A stretch of 64,000 nucleotides of DNA from the human T2T-CHM13v2.0 reference genome, Homo sapiens, in NCBI RefSeq assembly GCF_009914755.1, contig NC_060935.1; one strand, written 5' to 3'. Below are positions 56,501 through 64,000 of this stretch, in pieces (within the stretch, counting starts at the first letter, position 1; the number at the start of each line of letters is the position of its first letter). The translations under genes and the position numbers were made by a program. Under the pieces are notes generated by a model. It was not told the origin of the DNA, ran no database searches, and saw nothing but the letters and a program-made list of their open reading frames with translations.

Positions 56501-59500
56501 ATGGGTAACCACTGTTACCCAGTGGATAATAAGTATTCCTTCATGGGTAACCACTGTTACCTGGTGGATAATAAGTACTGCCTCATCAGTAACCACTGTT
56601 ACTCGGTGGATAATAAATATTGCCTCATGGGTAGCCACTGTTACCCAGTGGATAATAAGTATTGCCTCGTGGGTAACCACTATTACCTGGTGGATAATAA
56701 GTGTTGCCTCCTGGTTAACCACTGTTATCCAGTGGATAATAAGTGTTGCCTCGTGAGTAATCACTGTTACCTGCTGGATAATAATTGTTGCCTCATGGGG
56801 AACCACTGTTACCCAATGCATCATAAGTGTTGCCTCGTGGGTAACCACTGTTACCAAGTGGATAATAAGTATTTCTTGTGGGTAACCACTGTTACCCGGT
56901 GTATAATAAGTGTTGCCTTCTGCGTAACCACTGTTACCCAGTGGACAATAAGTATTGCCTCATGGATAACCACTGTTACCAAGTGGAAAATAATTATTGC
57001 CTCATGGGTAACCACTGTTACCCTGTGGATAATAGGTATTGCCTCGTGGGTAACCACTGCTACCCGGTGGGTAATAAGCATTACCTCGTGGGTAAACACT
57101 GTTACCCAGTGGATAATAAGTGTTGCCTCGTGGGTAACCAGTGTTACCCGGTGGATAATAAATTTTGCCTAGTGGTTAACCCCTTTTGCCGGTGGATAAT
57201 ACGTGTTCCCTCGTGTGTAACCACTGTTACCCAGCGGATAAGTGTTGCCTCATGGGTAATCACTGCTGCCTTGTGGATAATTAGTATTGCCTCGTGGGTT
57301 ACCACTCTTACCCAGTGGATAGTAAGTATTGCTTCATGGGATACCACTGTTAACCAGTTGATAATAAGTATTGCCTCATAGGTAACCACTGTTACCCTGT
57401 GGATAATACGTATTGCCTCGTGGGTTACCACTGTTACCCATTGGGTAATATGTATTGCCTCGTAGGAAACCACGGTTACCTGGTGGATAATAAGTGTTGC
57501 CTTGCGGGAAACCCCTGTTACCCGGTGGATAATAAGTGTTGCCTTGAGGGTAACCACTGTTATCTGGTGGATAATTAGCGTTGCCTGGCGGATAAGCACT
57601 GTTACCCGGTGGATAATAAGTGTTGCCTTGTGGGTAACCAGTGTTAACCGGTGGATAATAATTATTGCCTCTAGGGTAACCATTGTTACCCAGTGGATCA
57701 TAAATATTGCCTCTAGCATAACCACTGTTTCCCGGTGGGTAATACATATTGCCTCGTGGGTGACAACTGTTACCCAGTGGATAACAATTATTGCCTCTAG
57801 GGTAATCACTGTTACCTGGTGGAAAATAAGTATCGCCTGTAGGGTAACCACTTTTAAACGTGGGATAATAAGTATTGCGCAGTGGGTACCATTGTTACCC
57901 GCTGGATAATAAGTATTCCCTCATGGGTAACCACTGTTATCCGGTGCATAATAATTATTTCCTCTCGGGTAACCACTGTTACCCAGTGGATAATAAGTAT
58001 TCCCTCGTGGATAAACACTGTTACCTGGCAGATAATACGTATTGCCTCATGGGTAACCACTGTTACCCTTGGAAAATAAGTGTTGCCTCATGGGTTACCC
58101 GTTTTACCCACTGGATAATAAGTGTTGCCTTGTGTGTAACCACTCTTACCATGTGGATAATAAGCATTGCCTCGTGGGAAAACAGTGTTACCCGATGGAT
58201 AATAAGTATTGCCTCATGGGTAACCACTGTTAACTGGTGGATAATACATGTTGCCTCGTGGGTTACCACTCTTACCCTATGGATAACAAGAATTGCCTCG
58301 TGGGTAACCACTGTTACCTGGTGGATAATAAGTGTTGCCTCGTGGTTAACAACTGTTACCCAGGGGATAGTAAGTATTGCCCCTAGGGTAATCATTGCTA
58401 CCCAGTGGATAATAAGAACGACCTCTGGGGTAACCACTGTTATCCAGTGGATAAGAAGTATTGCCTCGTGGGTAACCACTGTTACCCGGTGGATAATAAG
58501 TGTTGCTTCATGGGTAACCACTGTTACCTGGTGGATAATGAGTGTTGTCTTGTGGGTAACCAGTGTTACCCTCTGGATAATAGGTTTTATGTCGTGGGTA
58601 ACCACTGTTACCCATTGTAAAATAAGTATTGCCTCATGTGTAACCAATGTTATATGGTAGATAATAACTATTGCCTCTAGGGTAACCACTGTTACCTGGT
58701 GGATGACAGATGTTTCCTCTAGGGTAATCACTGTGACCCGGTGGATAATAAATATTGCCTCGTGAGTAACCACTGTTACCCGGTGGATAATAAGTGTTGC
58801 CTCATTGGTAACCACAGTTACTCAGTGGATAATAATTATTGCCCCAGGGTAACCACTGTTTCCCGTTCAATGATAAGTATTGCCTCGTTGGTAACCACTG
58901 TTACCCACTGGATAATAATTATTGCCTCATGGGTAACCACTGTTACCTGCTGGATAATAAGTATTGCCCATGGGTAAGCCCTGTTGCCCACTGGATAATA
59001 ATTATTGCCTCGTGGGTAACCACTGTTACCTAGTGGATAATAAGTATTGCCCCGTGGGTAACCACTGTTAACTGGTGGATTATAAGTATTGCCTCATGGG
59101 CAACCACTGTTACCCAGTGGATAATAAGTATTGCCTTGTGGGTAACCATGGTTACCTGGTGGAAAATAAGTATTGCCTCTAGGGTAACCACTGTCTCCTG
59201 GTGGATAATAAGTATTGCCTCCAGGGTAACCACTGTTACCCAGTGGATAGTAAGTATTGCCTCGTGGGTAAGCACTGTTACCCGGTGGATAGTAAGTATT
59301 GCCTTGTGGGTAACCACTGTTACCTGGTAGATAATAAGTACTGCCTCATGGGAAACCACTGTAACCTGGTGGATAATAAGTGTGGCCTCATGGGTAACCA
59401 CTGTTACCTGGTGGATAATACGTGTTGCCTCGTGAGTAACCACTGTCACCTTGTGGATAGTAAGTGTTGCCTCGTGAGTAACCACTGTTACCTTGTGGAT

Positions 59501-60146
59501 AGTAAGTGTTGCCTCGGGGGTAAACACTGTTACCCTGTGGATGATAAATATTGCCCCGTGGGTAACCACCATTACCTGGTGGATAATAAGTATTGCCTCA
59601 TGGGTAACCACTTCTAATGACTGGATAATAAGTATTGCCTTGTGGGTAACCACTGTTACCCAGTGGATAATACCTGTGGCCTTGTGGGTAACCACTGTTA
59701 CCTGTTGGATAATACGTATTGCCTCGTGGGTTACCACTGTTTCCCAGTGGGTAATACGAGTTGCCTCATGCGTAACCGCAGTTACCCAGTGGATAATAAG
59801 TGTTGCACTGTGGGTAACCACTGTTACTGGGTGTATAATAAGTATTGCCTCTTGGGTAACCACTGTTACCCAGTGGATAATAAGTATTGCCTCATGGGCA
59901 ACCACTTCTACCACATGGATAATAAGTATTGCCTCTTGGGTAACCACTGTCACCCGGTGGATAATATGTATGGCCTCGTGGGTAACCACTGTTACCAGGT
60001 GGATAATAAGTATTGCCTCATGAGTAACCACTGTTACCCGGTGGATAATAAGTATTGCCTCGTGGGTAACCACTGTTATCTGGTGGATAATAAATATTGC
60101 CTCATGGGTAACTGCTGTTACCCGGTGGATAATAAGTATTGCCTCT
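38510..60146. repeat. 42-bp tandem satellite array, ~515 units (GGATAATAAGTRTTGCCTCGTGGGTAACCACTGTTACCCGGT)
   Basis: continuous head-to-tail repeat; 14-aa periodicity in the ORF translations; copy number estimated as length/42. Confidence 0.98.
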
Positions 60147-60148
60147 CA

Positions 60149-64000
<3,852 letters not shown>

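Noticed and set aside
37530-60146. CRISPR-like array (palindromic repeat with regular period)
   Set aside because: No unique spacers, since the whole unit repeats; no cas genes; mammalian context.

Overview
Primate, almost certainly human, genomic DNA. Bases ~5.1-30.3 kb hold a complete minus-strand NXPE-family gene that I recognise as NXPE4/FAM55D. Its five coding exons have GT-AG junctions and sum to 1635 nt (544 aa), and there is a probable non-coding first exon and TATA promoter. The introns are filled with retroelements: a near full-length L1PB-type LINE, and an old L1MA that hosts both an HDAC1 processed pseudogene and a 3'-deleted ERV1 provirus. Upstream of the gene lie MaLR/L1 debris and then the most unusual feature, a ~22.6 kb tandem array (37.5-60.1 kb) of a 42-bp hairpin-containing unit. 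The array appears to grow stepwise out of a (TA)n microsatellite at an L1 fragment, carries a 47-bp sub-array and multi-kb internal duplications, and is interrupted by a younger L1PA element running off the window. The many long ORFs at 38-60 kb arise from the 42-bp periodicity and are not called as genes. Repeat subfamily names are from memory of consensus sequences and need RepeatMasker/Dfam confirmation.
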